The notes below the pieces were generated by a model. The model searched no databases and was not told the DNA's origin. It saw only the letters and a list, made by a program, of their open reading frames with translations. From Tepidisphaera sp. (GTDB lineage: Bacteria > Planctomycetota > Phycisphaerae > Phycisphaerales > UBA1924): 64,000 bases of DNA. Positions 27,135 to 36,353 of this stretch are shown here, piece by piece (the stretch's first letter is position 1; the number at the start of each line of letters is the position of its first letter). The stretch spans positions 1,568,001 to 1,632,000 of the forward strand of contig CP051526.1 of NCBI GenBank assembly GCA_050916045.1. The letters are read 5' to 3'. The position numbers were made by a program, and so were the translations under genes.

Positions 27135-28589
27135 ATGAGCATGATTCTCGTGGTGGACGATAAGGAAAGCCTGCGCGACAGCGTGGGCGGCACGCTGGAA
27201 CGGGCCGGGTTCGAGGTGGTGCTCGCGGCGGACGGCGCCGCGGCCCTCGCGATGATCGCCAAGCAGCGGCCGGATTGCGTCGTCAGCGACCTGAAGATGC
27301 CGGGGATGACCGGGCTTGAGCTTCTCGAGAAGATCCGCGCGATCGACGAGGACCTCCCGCTTGTTCTGATGACCGCGTTCGCGAGCATCCAGACGGCGGT
27401 TGAAGCGATCCGTCTTGGTGCGTTCAACTACCTGCAGAAGCCGTTCGAGGGCGATGAGCTGATCATCAACGTCAAGCGGGCGATCGAGCACGCGGGCCTC
27501 AAGAAGGAGAACGCGATGCTCCGCGCCGGGATGGAACCGGCGGCGGCCGTCGTCCCGGCTCCGGCCGGCGAGACGTTGTCCGAGCGTCGCGGGGTCGAAC
27601 GCCTGATCGGCGATTCGGCCGGGATGCAGCTTCTCAAGGCCGAGATCAAGTCCGTCGCGGCGAGCCAGGGCACGGTGCTGATCACCGGCGAGAGCGGCGC
27701 GGGCAAGGAAGTGATCGCGCGGTCGATCCACGAAGAGAGTTCGCGGGCGGGCAAGCCGTTCCTTGCGGTGAACTGCGCGGCGCTGTCGGAGACCGTGCTT
27801 GAAAGCGAGCTTTTCGGCCACGAACGCGGGGCGTTCACCGGCGCGGACAAGCTCCGCAAGGGCCGTTTCGAGCTTGCCGACGGCGGAACGCTGCTTCTGG
27901 ATGAGATTTCGGAAGTGAGCCCGAAGATCCAGGCGAAGCTGCTCCGCGTGCTTCAGGAGCGTCAGTTCGAGCGGGTGGGTTCGAGCACGTCGATCGGGGT
28001 GGATGTCCGGGTGATCGCGACGAGCAACCGGGTGCTTCTGAAGGAAGTGACGGCGGGAACGTTCCGGCAGGATCTGTACTACCGGTTGAACGTGCTTCCG
28101 GTCGCGGCGCCGTCGCTTCGGGCGCGGCTTGAGGACGTGCCGGCGCTGGCGACGCACTTTGTGGCGGAGATCTGCCGTCGCGAGGGTCGCGGGCCGATGC
28201 GGCTTGAGCCGGCGGCGCTGGACCTGCTGCGGGAGTACACGTGGCCGGGGAACGTGCGCGAGCTTCAGAACATCTGCGAGCGGGCGGTCGTGCTTTCGGC
28301 GGGTCGTCAATCGACGACGATCCCGCGCGGGCTGATCGAGCCGTGGCTGCGTCCGGCGGGCGAGCCTCAGGTGACGCTCGCGGGCTCGATCATCGAAGCC
28401 AAGCCGGGGTTCGGCGAGGGCCAGGTGCGCACGCTTGAGGACATCGAGCGCGAGACGATCGTCGCGACGCTGACGCGGTTCTCGGGGCATCGCCAGAAGA
28501 CGGCGACGGCTTTGGGGATCGGCGTGCGGACGCTGGGCCTCAAGCTCAAGAAGTGGAAGGAAGATCGGCTGATCCCCGAAGCGCTCTGA
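27135..28589 (+). CDS. sigma54-dependent response regulator (FleR/FlgR/NtrC family)
   Basis: Receiver DLKMP; GESGAGKE, GAFTGA, WPGNVREL; Fis HTH. Confidence 0.92.
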   Translation: MSMILVVDDKESLRDSVGGTLERAGFEVVLAADGAAALAMIAKQRPDCVVSDLKMPGMTGLELLEKIRAIDEDLPLVLMTAFASIQTAVEAIRLGAFNYLQKPFEGDELIINVKRAIEHAGLKKENAMLRAGMEPAAAVVPAPAGETLSERRGVERLIGDSAGMQLLKAEIKSVAASQGTVLITGESGAGKEVIARSIHEESSRAGKPFLAVNCAALSETVLESELFGHERGAFTGADKLRKGRFELADGGTLLLDEISEVSPKIQAKLLRVLQERQFERVGSSTSIGVDVRVIATSNRVLLKEVTAGTFRQDLYYRLNVLPVAAPSLRARLEDVPALATHFVAEICRREGRGPMRLEPAALDLLREYTWPGNVRELQNICERAVVLSAGRQSTTIPRGLIEPWLRPAGEPQVTLAGSIIEAKPGFGEGQVRTLEDIERETIVATLTRFSGHRQKTATALGIGVRTLGLKLKKWKEDRLIPEAL

Positions 28590-28615
28590 TCCCGAGGGAC
28601 TCATCGTCCGGGTGG

Positions 28616-28630
28616 TGGCAGGCGACTTGC
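28616..28630 (+). promoter_or_regulatory. sigma54 -24/-12 promoter before flgB
   Basis: TGGCAGGCGACTTGC (GG-N10-GC). Confidence 0.65.
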
Positions 28631-28642
28631 GAAGGAGCAGGC

Positions 28643-29077
28643 ATGGGTCTGGCTGGACTGACAGACTGGGGTCCGACGGCGGCACTGGAAGCGATGGCTC
28701 GCTTTGCGGGCGGTCGGCACCGGCTGATCTCGCACAACATCGCGAACCTGTCGACGCCGGGTTTCAACCAGGTGGACGTTTCGCCGGTGGCTTTCCAGCG
28801 CAAGCTGGGTGAGGCGCTCGATGAGCGTCGGGCCACGGGGGATTCCAAGCCGCTTTCCCTCGAATCCGGGGGGGAGGTTGAGATCGGGGCGGACGGAACG
28901 ATGACGCTGAACCCGCAGACCCCGATCGGGGGTGTGCTGGGGCACGACCGGAACAACCGTGATCTTGAACGTTTGATGCAGGATCAAGCCGAAAACCTGC
29001 TTGTCTTTCGGACCTCGATGGACCTCCTGCGGAGCAGGGCGGAGATGATGCGGTCGGCGCTGGGTCAGCGTGTCTGA
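28643..29077 (+). CDS. flgB: Flagellar basal-body rod protein FlgB
   Basis: ISHNIANLSTPGF, DRNNRDLERLM. Confidence 0.88.
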   Translation: MGLAGLTDWGPTAALEAMARFAGGRHRLISHNIANLSTPGFNQVDVSPVAFQRKLGEALDERRATGDSKPLSLESGGEVEIGADGTMTLNPQTPIGGVLGHDRNNRDLERLMQDQAENLLVFRTSMDLLRSRAEMMRSALGQRV

Positions 29078-29101
29078 TCCGGGCCGGGTTTGAGCGAAGT
29101 C

Positions 29102-29116
29102 TGGCATCTGGATTGC
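29102..29116 (+). promoter_or_regulatory. sigma54 -24/-12 promoter before flgC
   Basis: TGGCATCTGGATTGC (GG-N10-GC). Confidence 0.65.
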
Positions 29117-29131
29117 GGAGCGATCTGAAGC

Positions 29132-29548
29132 ATGTACGGAGCACTCGATATTTCGGTCAGCGGCATGATCGCCCAGCGGACACGCTTGAACGTGATCCAG
29201 GCGAACATCGCCAACGCGAACTCTCTGGAGGATTCAGAGGGGAATTTCGCTCCGTACCTGCGTCGGGCGGCCATGTTCAAAGCGGGGGATCCCGCGGCCA
29301 AGACGGAGTCTGGCCGGGACATGGGCGTGCACGTGGCGGAGATCGAGATCAACCCGGACTCGCTCGTATCGAGATATGACCCGGGGAACCCTTACGCGAA
29401 CAGCGAGGGGCACGTGATGGTGCCGGACATCAATCCGGTGGTGGAACAGATCAACGCGATGGAGGCGTCGCGTGCTTATGAGGCGAACGTCGTGGCGGCG
29501 GAGACCACCAAGGCGATGATGAACGCGGCATTGAGGCTTCTGGGCTGA
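29132..29548 (+). CDS. flgC: Flagellar basal-body rod protein FlgC
   Basis: ISVSGMIAQRTRLNVIQANIANA, YDPGNPYA, ASRAYEAN. Confidence 0.93.
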   Translation: MYGALDISVSGMIAQRTRLNVIQANIANANSLEDSEGNFAPYLRRAAMFKAGDPAAKTESGRDMGVHVAEIEINPDSLVSRYDPGNPYANSEGHVMVPDINPVVEQINAMEASRAYEANVVAAETTKAMMNAALRLLG

Positions 29549-29577
29549 GTGCGGGCCTATGCCGCGAGGAATGAACT

Positions 29578-29880
29578 ATGAGTGATCCGCTTGGACTCAT
29601 CAGGAATGTCGGATCGGGCTCGATGCCCCTGGCGGGCGGGGTTCGCCCCAGCGCGGGGGGAGCCTCGTTCAAGGACGTGCTGCTCAAGAACCTCGACGAG
29701 GTGAACAAGTTGCAGCAGGACGCGAGCAGTGCGGCGGAGGATCTGGCCGCGGGCCGGCGTGACGATGTCGAGGGCGTGATGTTCGCGACATCCAAAGCCG
29801 ACACGGCGTTCAAGGCTCTTCAGGCCGTGCGCAACCGTGTGATGGAGGCGTACGACGAGATCAAGCAGATGAGGGTCTAA
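29578..29880 (+). CDS. fliE: Flagellar hook-basal body protein FliE
   Basis: SFKDVL, VRNRVMEAYDEIKQMRV. Confidence 0.92.
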   Translation: MSDPLGLIRNVGSGSMPLAGGVRPSAGGASFKDVLLKNLDEVNKLQQDASSAAEDLAAGRRDDVEGVMFATSKADTAFKALQAVRNRVMEAYDEIKQMRV

Positions 29881-30144
29881 ACCCTCTTGCGGACGGTCCC
29901 AACGCAGCGGCGCGGGTGCGAGCACCCGTGCCGTTGTTCGTTTTGGCGGGTGCCGGCGGGGGGGGTGGTTGGGGCGTGGGCGCGACTTTTCGGACCTTGC
30001 GGGGCTTGGTGATCGGACGGGCCCGGGGTGGGTTCGAATTGAATGGTGGTGGGGTCCGGGGACCGAAGTTGGTGCGGTGTTGCGCGGAGGCGCAACTTTG
30101 GACGCGCAAGGATCGCGCGGACAAGAGACTCGGCAGGAGGCCGC

Positions 30145-31851
30145 ATGGACGCGATTCGGCGATCACTTGAAACGATCAAAAAGCAACTCGGGAGGCTTGG
30201 CCCGACCGAGCGGGTGCTGATCGGCAGCTTCATGGTGATCCTGGTGATGGGGCTTTTCCTCGTCAGCCAGTACTCCGGCAGGTCGACGCTTGTCCCCTTG
30301 CTGCCCGGGCTGCCGACGGCGGACCAGCAGCGGGCCCAGACGTTCCTGTCCACCAACGGCATCACGACGGAGAACAAAGCCGGCCAGGTCATGGTCCCCG
30401 CGGACCAGAAGGACAAGGCCATGGCTCTGCTCACCCAGAACAAGCAGCTCCCCGCGGACACGAGCGGATTCTTCCAGACCGTGCTCGCCTCGCAGAGCTG
30501 GAGCAACACGCGTCAGCAGAACGAGCAGATCTACAACGCGGCCCTCAAAGCCGAGCTTGACAAGATCATCGGGACCATGCCGGGGATCAAGAGCGCGAGC
30601 GTGCTGTTTGATGTGCCGGACGCTTCGGGGCTGGGTTCGTCGGTGCGTCGTCCGACGGCGAGCGTCGCGGTCTTCACCGAGACGGGCGCTCCGCTTGAAC
30701 AGCGCACGGTCGACGCCATCGCGTACCTCGTCGGCGGGGCGAAAGCGGGCCTGGGGCCGGACCGCGTCCGTGTGATCGACGGCAGCGGCCGCCAGCGCAA
30801 GCCTACCAGCGAAAGCGACGTCATTCCCACGACGTACATCGAGCACGCCGGCCGAATCGAGAACGAGACCCAGCGGAAGATCAGCGACCTCCTCGCGCAC
30901 ATCCCCGGCGTCGTCGTCACCGTCACCGCCCAGGTCGACGTCACACGCGTCACCAGCACCGAGCAGCGCTTCCTTCCCATCGGCGAGGGGAGCGTCTCGG
31001 CGCCCAAGCGGTCCGCCGAGACCACCAGCAAGCAGACCGAGGGCGCCAAGGGCGCCGAGCCGGGCGTTCGCTCGAACCAGCCCGCCGACATCAACCGCGG
31101 CAACACCAACCGCTCGTCCAGCAACGAGAACGAGCAGACGGACAAGCAGCTTGACAACCACGTCGGCTCGCGCACGGCCGAGACGGTCGATCCGCGCGGG
31201 ATGCCCACGATGGTCGCGGTCAGCGTGAACGTGCCCCGCGGGTTCATCGTCGCGATGCTCAAGGGCGCCGATCCCAACGCGGCCGCGCCCGATGAAGCCG
31301 CGATCACCGCCGCGTTCGCGAAGATTCAGCCGCAGATCAAGGAGAGCATCCTTCCGCACGTTCGCACGATGACGCAGGCGGCGTCGGGCGCCGCTCCCGT
31401 CGCGGTCGACGGCCAGGTCGTGGTGAGCCTGATCCCCGTCGATACGCTGCTTTCGATCGGCGTGCCCGGCCAGCAGGCGGGTCTGCTTGGTGGCTTGGGC
31501 GGGTCGGGCGGCGTGCTGATGGGCATGACGCTGCCGCAACTGATCGACAAGGCTGTCCTGGGTCTGCTGGGCCTGGGAGCGCTCGGGTTCATGTTCGCGA
31601 TCGTGAAGAAAGCCGGCAAGAAGCAGGATCTTCCCACAGCTGAGGAGCTGGTCGGCCTGCCGCCCGCTCTCGAGACGGCGTCGGACCTCATCGGCGAAGC
31701 GGATGAATCCGACACGCCGATGGCGGGCATCGAGCTTGAAGAAGGTGAAGTTCGCACGAGCATGCTCCTCGAGCAGGTCTCGGAGATGGTGAAGAAGGAT
31801 CCGGAAGCCACGGCCAAGCTCCTCAAGCAGTGGATCAACGTCGAGGAGTAA
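30145..31851 (+). CDS. fliF: Flagellar MS-ring protein FliF
   Basis: GGAGG RBS; two TMs; IKSASV, PTASV, VRVIDGSG, DPEATAKLLKQW. Confidence 0.88.
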   Translation: MDAIRRSLETIKKQLGRLGPTERVLIGSFMVILVMGLFLVSQYSGRSTLVPLLPGLPTADQQRAQTFLSTNGITTENKAGQVMVPADQKDKAMALLTQNKQLPADTSGFFQTVLASQSWSNTRQQNEQIYNAALKAELDKIIGTMPGIKSASVLFDVPDASGLGSSVRRPTASVAVFTETGAPLEQRTVDAIAYLVGGAKAGLGPDRVRVIDGSGRQRKPTSESDVIPTTYIEHAGRIENETQRKISDLLAHIPGVVVTVTAQVDVTRVTSTEQRFLPIGEGSVSAPKRSAETTSKQTEGAKGAEPGVRSNQPADINRGNTNRSSSNENEQTDKQLDNHVGSRTAETVDPRGMPTMVAVSVNVPRGFIVAMLKGADPNAAAPDEAAITAAFAKIQPQIKESILPHVRTMTQAASGAAPVAVDGQVVVSLIPVDTLLSIGVPGQQAGLLGGLGGSGGVLMGMTLPQLIDKAVLGLLGLGALGFMFAIVKKAGKKQDLPTAEELVGLPPALETASDLIGEADESDTPMAGIELEEGEVRTSMLLEQVSEMVKKDPEATAKLLKQWINVEE

Positions 31852-31898
31852 GCAGCCGACGGGGACGTCCCGAGCAGGTTGATTCGGTCTGGAGATGA

Positions 31899-32942
31899 AT
31901 GATGGCACGCAAGCCCAACGAAAAACTGCCCGACAAGCCCGAGGAACTGGAAGGGATGAGCAAAGCGGCCATCCTCCTGCTCTCGGTCGGTTCCGAGCAT
32001 GCCGCGGCGGTCATGAAGTTCCTCCCGCCTGAAGCGGTCGAAGAAGTGACGCGTGAACTGGCTTCGCTCGGACGCGTGCCGCGGCACCTGCAAGCGGCGG
32101 TCGTCGAGGAGTTCTACGGGGTTTCGGTCGCGAGCGACAAGGTCGGCGAGGGAAACCTCGAGTTCGCCAGGGCTCTGCTCAAGAACTCGATGGACCCCAA
32201 ACAGGCCGAGAAGGTGCTGGGGCAGATCCAGACGCAGGTGCAGCGCAAGCCGTTCAGCTTTCTCCAGCGAGCGGAGAGCGAGAACCTTCTGACGTTCATC
32301 CAGGATGAGCATCCGCAGACGATCGCTCTGATTATCTGCCACATGCCGCACCACAAGGCGGCGGAGATCATCGGTGGCCTGCCGATGGCCAAGCAGTTGG
32401 AAGTGATCAAGCGCGTCGCCAACATGGACCAGACCAACCCGGACGTGATCCGCGAGGTTGAGCGCGGGCTTGAGAGCCGCCTCTCGAGCATGCTCATGCA
32501 GAGCATGGAGAAAGCCGGCGGCGTTCCGACGGTGTCGGAAATCCTGAACCTCGCGGACCGGGCGACCGAGAAGTCGATCCTGGAAGGCCTGGAAGCCGAG
32601 GATCCGGACCTGGTCGAGCAGATCCGCCGCCTGATGTTCGTCTTCGAGGACATCAAGATGGTGAACGACAAGGGCATCCAAGCGGTGCTCAAGGAAGTCG
32701 ACAACCACGAACTGGCGCTGGCGCTCAAGACCGCGAGCGAGGATCTCAAGAACAAGATCTTCGGGAACATGTCCGAACGTGCTTCGGGCATGATCAAGGA
32801 AGACATGCAGTACATGGGTCCGGTGAAGGTCAGCGACGTGGAAGCGGCCCAGCAGCGTGTCGTCGACATCGTTCGAAGGCTCGAGGAGTCGGGCGAGGTG
32901 GTCATCCAGGGCCGCGGCGGCGACAGCGAGCTTCTGGTGTGA
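31899..32942 (+). CDS. fliG: Flagellar motor switch protein FliG
   Basis: KAAILLL, EHPQTIALI, MFVFEDI, NMSERA. Confidence 0.96.
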   Translation: MMARKPNEKLPDKPEELEGMSKAAILLLSVGSEHAAAVMKFLPPEAVEEVTRELASLGRVPRHLQAAVVEEFYGVSVASDKVGEGNLEFARALLKNSMDPKQAEKVLGQIQTQVQRKPFSFLQRAESENLLTFIQDEHPQTIALIICHMPHHKAAEIIGGLPMAKQLEVIKRVANMDQTNPDVIREVERGLESRLSSMLMQSMEKAGGVPTVSEILNLADRATEKSILEGLEAEDPDLVEQIRRLMFVFEDIKMVNDKGIQAVLKEVDNHELALALKTASEDLKNKIFGNMSERASGMIKEDMQYMGPVKVSDVEAAQQRVVDIVRRLEESGEVVIQGRGGDSELLV

Positions 32943-32992
32943 GTGTTCGGCCCTCGGGCTTGAACTCCCCGATGTGAAACGCGAAAGATCTC

Positions 32993-33751
32993 ATGGCACT
33001 CATCCGTCAGTCATCCTGGACTCCTTCGAACCGCCCGGCGGTGGTGATGCATCTCGGCGACCTGCGCGAGCGGGCCGCCGCCGTGGAACGCGAAGCGGCG
33101 CAGCAGGCGGCTTCGATCATGGCGGACGCGAGCACCAAGCGGGCGGGGATGCTCGAGGGTGCGAAGGAGCAGGGGTACCGCGAGGGCCTGGCCAAGGGGA
33201 TGGCCGACGGACGTGCCAAGGGTGAAGCGGAGGGTCACGCGGCGGCGATGGCGGCTTCGCGGGCGCGGCTGGCGGAAATCGAAGGCCGCTGGATGGCGGG
33301 CGCGGCGGAGTTCGAGGTAGCCCGCGAGCGGATGCTCAGCGAGGCGCGTCAGGACCTGCTTCGACTTGCGATTCAGATCGCGGAGCGTGTGATCAAGAGC
33401 CGGATCGAGACGGACCCGATGATCGCGGCGGCACAGCTTGAAGCGGTGCTCGGGATGATCATGCGTCCGTCGAACCTGACGATCGCGATCAATCCGGAGG
33501 ACGAAGCGGTGCTCCGCGAGGCGATGCCGTCGATGGTGGGCCGGTTCGCGGCGGCGCAGCACATGGAACTGGTGCGGGAGCCGAGCCTCCCCCGCGGGTC
33601 GTGCGTGGCGCGGACGACGGGCGGCGAGATTGACGCTTCGATCTGGAGCCAGCTCGATCGCGTCGCCGAGACGCTGCTTTACGGCGGGCTGACGCGCGAT
33701 ACGGGCCGCGGGACGGAGCCGCCGGCGGAGAGCAAGGGGAACGAGTCATGA
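32993..33751 (+). CDS. fliH: Flagellar assembly protein FliH
   Basis: GYREGLAKG GxxxG repeats; NPED, GEIDASI. Confidence 0.88.
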   Translation: MALIRQSSWTPSNRPAVVMHLGDLRERAAAVEREAAQQAASIMADASTKRAGMLEGAKEQGYREGLAKGMADGRAKGEAEGHAAAMAASRARLAEIEGRWMAGAAEFEVARERMLSEARQDLLRLAIQIAERVIKSRIETDPMIAAAQLEAVLGMIMRPSNLTIAINPEDEAVLREAMPSMVGRFAAAQHMELVREPSLPRGSCVARTTGGEIDASIWSQLDRVAETLLYGGLTRDTGRGTEPPAESKGNES

Positions 33752-35109
33752 CGACGATCGCGGACGCGATGGACATGCTGACGGAGTTGCAGCCGATGCG
33801 TGTGAGCGGCCAGGTGGCTTCGCTCCGCGGGATGACGGTGCTCGTGGATGATCTTCCGATGCCCGTGGGCTCGCTGGTGTCGATGGGCAAAGGCGGGGCG
33901 CTCGGTGAGGTGGTGGGTTTCCAGCGTGAACAGTCGATCGTGATGCCGCTCGGGTTGACGTCGGGGCTGTGCGCCGGCGACCGGGTCGTCGGGTTGCAGA
34001 CAAGCCCGACGGTCGGTGTGGGCGAGAGCCTTCTCGGCCGCGTCATCGACGGGCTGGGGCGTCCGATCGACGGTCTGGGCCAGGGACATCGCATCCCGGG
34101 GCTGGTGCCGCGGCCGATCAATCCCAAGCCGCTTCAGCCGATGGAGCGCGGGCGGATCACCAAGCGTCTGTCCATGGGGCTTCGGAGCGTCGACCTGATG
34201 ACGCCCATCGGCCGTGGGCAGCGCATGGGGATCTTCGCGGGTCCGGGCGTGGGCAAGAGCACGCTTCTTGGATCGATGGTCAAGCAGTCAGACGCGGATG
34301 TGTGCGTGGTGGCTCTGATCGGCGAGCGTGGCCGCGAGGTGAAGGACTTCGTCGAACACGCGCTTGGGCCCAAGGGTCTGGAGCGGTCGGTGGTGGTTGC
34401 GGCGACGGGCGATGAGAGTCCGTCGATGCGGCTTCGTGCCGCGAAAGTGGCGTGCACGGCGGCGGAGTTCTTCCGGGATCGTGGCCGGGACGTGCTGCTG
34501 GTGATGGACTCGGTGACGCGTTTCGCGCACGCCCAGCGGCAGATCGGGCTGTCGATCGGTGAGCCTCCGGCGACGAAGGGGTACACGCCGAGCGTGTTTG
34601 CGCAGATGGCGCTGCTTCTCGAGCGTGCAGGGGCGATCGAGAAAGGTCCGAGCGGGCTGCCGGGGTCGGTGACGGGCCTTTACACGATCCTGGTCGAGGG
34701 CGACGACATGACCGAGCCGATCGCGGACGCGGCTCGCGGTATTCTGGACGGGCACCTGATCCTGTCGCGCAAGCTTGCTCAGAAAGCGCACTACCCGGCG
34801 GTGGATGTGCTCGATTCGATCAGCCGTATCGCGGACGACATCGCGGACAAGGAGCACATCGAAGCCCGTCAGCGGGCGGCGCGGCTTCTCGCGCTCTACC
34901 GCGAGGTGGAGGACCTGGTGCAGATCGGGGCGTACGCCCGTGGGAGCAGCGTGGAGCACGACGTGGCGATCGAGGTGACTCCGGCGATCAACGCGATGCT
35001 CCGCCAGGGGCGCGGCGACGTGTCGGACTTCGTGAAGGCGCGGGCGGACCTGATCGCTCTGACGCGGGTGGCCTTTGACCAGATCGACAAGGGACGCAGG
35101 AAGAAGTGA
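33748..35109 (+). CDS. fliI: Flagellar export ATPase FliI
   Basis: GIFAGPGVGKSTL, ALIGERGREV, DSVTRFA, GEPPATKGY. Confidence 0.95.
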   Translation: MTTIADAMDMLTELQPMRVSGQVASLRGMTVLVDDLPMPVGSLVSMGKGGALGEVVGFQREQSIVMPLGLTSGLCAGDRVVGLQTSPTVGVGESLLGRVIDGLGRPIDGLGQGHRIPGLVPRPINPKPLQPMERGRITKRLSMGLRSVDLMTPIGRGQRMGIFAGPGVGKSTLLGSMVKQSDADVCVVALIGERGREVKDFVEHALGPKGLERSVVVAATGDESPSMRLRAAKVACTAAEFFRDRGRDVLLVMDSVTRFAHAQRQIGLSIGEPPATKGYTPSVFAQMALLLERAGAIEKGPSGLPGSVTGLYTILVEGDDMTEPIADAARGILDGHLILSRKLAQKAHYPAVDVLDSISRIADDIADKEHIEARQRAARLLALYREVEDLVQIGAYARGSSVEHDVAIEVTPAINAMLRQGRGDVSDFVKARADLIALTRVAFDQIDKGRRKK

Positions 35110-35124
35110 CGGACGCGGTGACGC

Positions 35125-35598
35125 ATGGCGAAGTTCAAGTTCCAACTCGAAGCGGTGCTGCGTCAGCGGGCGGCGATCGAGCGCACCAAGCGCCTCGCCG
35201 TGGCCGCGCTGGAGACCGAACGCAACGCAGCGGAGGAAGAGATCCGCGAGTGTCAGCGGTCGATCGACCGCGAGAAAGCCATGATGCGGGACATGCTCCG
35301 CGGCGGCGGGGTTGTCGATCTGCGCGGCGTGCGGATGCAGGCGGGAAGCTCGCTTGCGATGATGGGCGCGGCGAGCCGGGCGGTTTACAAGCTCGGGGGC
35401 GTCCAGCGGCGGCTTGAACTCGCCCGTGCGGAGCTGCTCAAGGCGTCGACGGCGAGGAAAGCAGTCGAGACGCTCCGCGAGCGGCGGTATGAAGCCTGGC
35501 TTCTTGAACAGAAGAAACGCGAGGATGCGGCCCTGGACGAGATGGCGGTGATCCGCGGATCGCGCGAGCGGGACGATGAACAGACGGAGGCGGCATGA
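35125..35598 (+). CDS. fliJ: Flagellar export protein FliJ
   Basis: MAKFKFQLEAVL, C-terminal LDE; follows fliI. Confidence 0.85.
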   Translation: MAKFKFQLEAVLRQRAAIERTKRLAVAALETERNAAEEEIRECQRSIDREKAMMRDMLRGGGVVDLRGVRMQAGSSLAMMGAASRAVYKLGGVQRRLELARAELLKASTARKAVETLRERRYEAWLLEQKKREDAALDEMAVIRGSRERDDEQTEAA

Positions 35599-36353
35599 AC
35601 AAGCTCTGGACGATTCTGAGCGTGGTGGGCGTGGCGAACTTCTTCGCGGTGTGCGGGTTTGTCGGCTGGCTTGCCGCGACGGACCGGCTGAACCTTGACC
35701 GCGTGCGCGCGGTGAAAGATGCCCTGTCGGAGACCGCGGCGGACGAGGCGGCACGCCTTGAGGCTGATGCAAAGGCCAAGGAAGCCGAGACGAAGCTCCT
35801 AGAGGTGAAAGCCAAGGAGCAGAAGCCGACGATGACTGCGCAGGAGAAGCTCGCGGTCCGCTTGGAAGCGACCGAGCTCGACATGCAGCGGTTCAAGAAG
35901 CTTCAAAGCGACATCGAAGCGATGCAGACCAACCTTCGGGCCCAGTCCGAGCGGCTGATCGCGGAGCGGTCGGCGTTCGAGAAGGAAAAGGCGGCGTTTG
36001 ATGCGCTGCGCAAGGAAGTGGAAGCCAAGACCGGCGATGCGCAGTTCCGCAAGACCCTCGCCGTGCTTGAGGGGATGGATACGAAGAACGCGGTGGCGAC
36101 GGTGAAAGAGATCATCGCGGGGATCTCTCCGGAAGCGGCGCTGGGTCTGCCGGCGACGGGGAATACGTCGCTTGAATCCGCGGCGGCGACGGGCGAGGAC
36201 CGGGCGCTGCGGTACCTCAACGCGATGACGCCCTCGACGCGCACCGAGATGCTGAACCTGATGGCCAAGGGTGAGCCGGCGTTGGCAGCGAAGTTGCTGG
36301 AACGCCTCCGGACGTACGGGACTTTGCCCGCGTCCGGGAACAAGACTCCATGA
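35595..36353 (+). CDS. MotE/YlxF-like flagellar coiled-coil membrane protein
   Basis: N-terminal TM, coiled coil, LEGMDTKNA; between fliJ and fliK. Confidence 0.6.
   Translation: MNKLWTILSVVGVANFFAVCGFVGWLAATDRLNLDRVRAVKDALSETAADEAARLEADAKAKEAETKLLEVKAKEQKPTMTAQEKLAVRLEATELDMQRFKKLQSDIEAMQTNLRAQSERLIAERSAFEKEKAAFDALRKEVEAKTGDAQFRKTLAVLEGMDTKNAVATVKEIIAGISPEAALGLPATGNTSLESAAATGEDRALRYLNAMTPSTRTEMLNLMAKGEPALAAKLLERLRTYGTLPASGNKTP

Noticed and set aside
30070..30083. sigma54 promoter before fliF
   Set aside because: GG-N9-GC spacing, one base short of the strict requirement.
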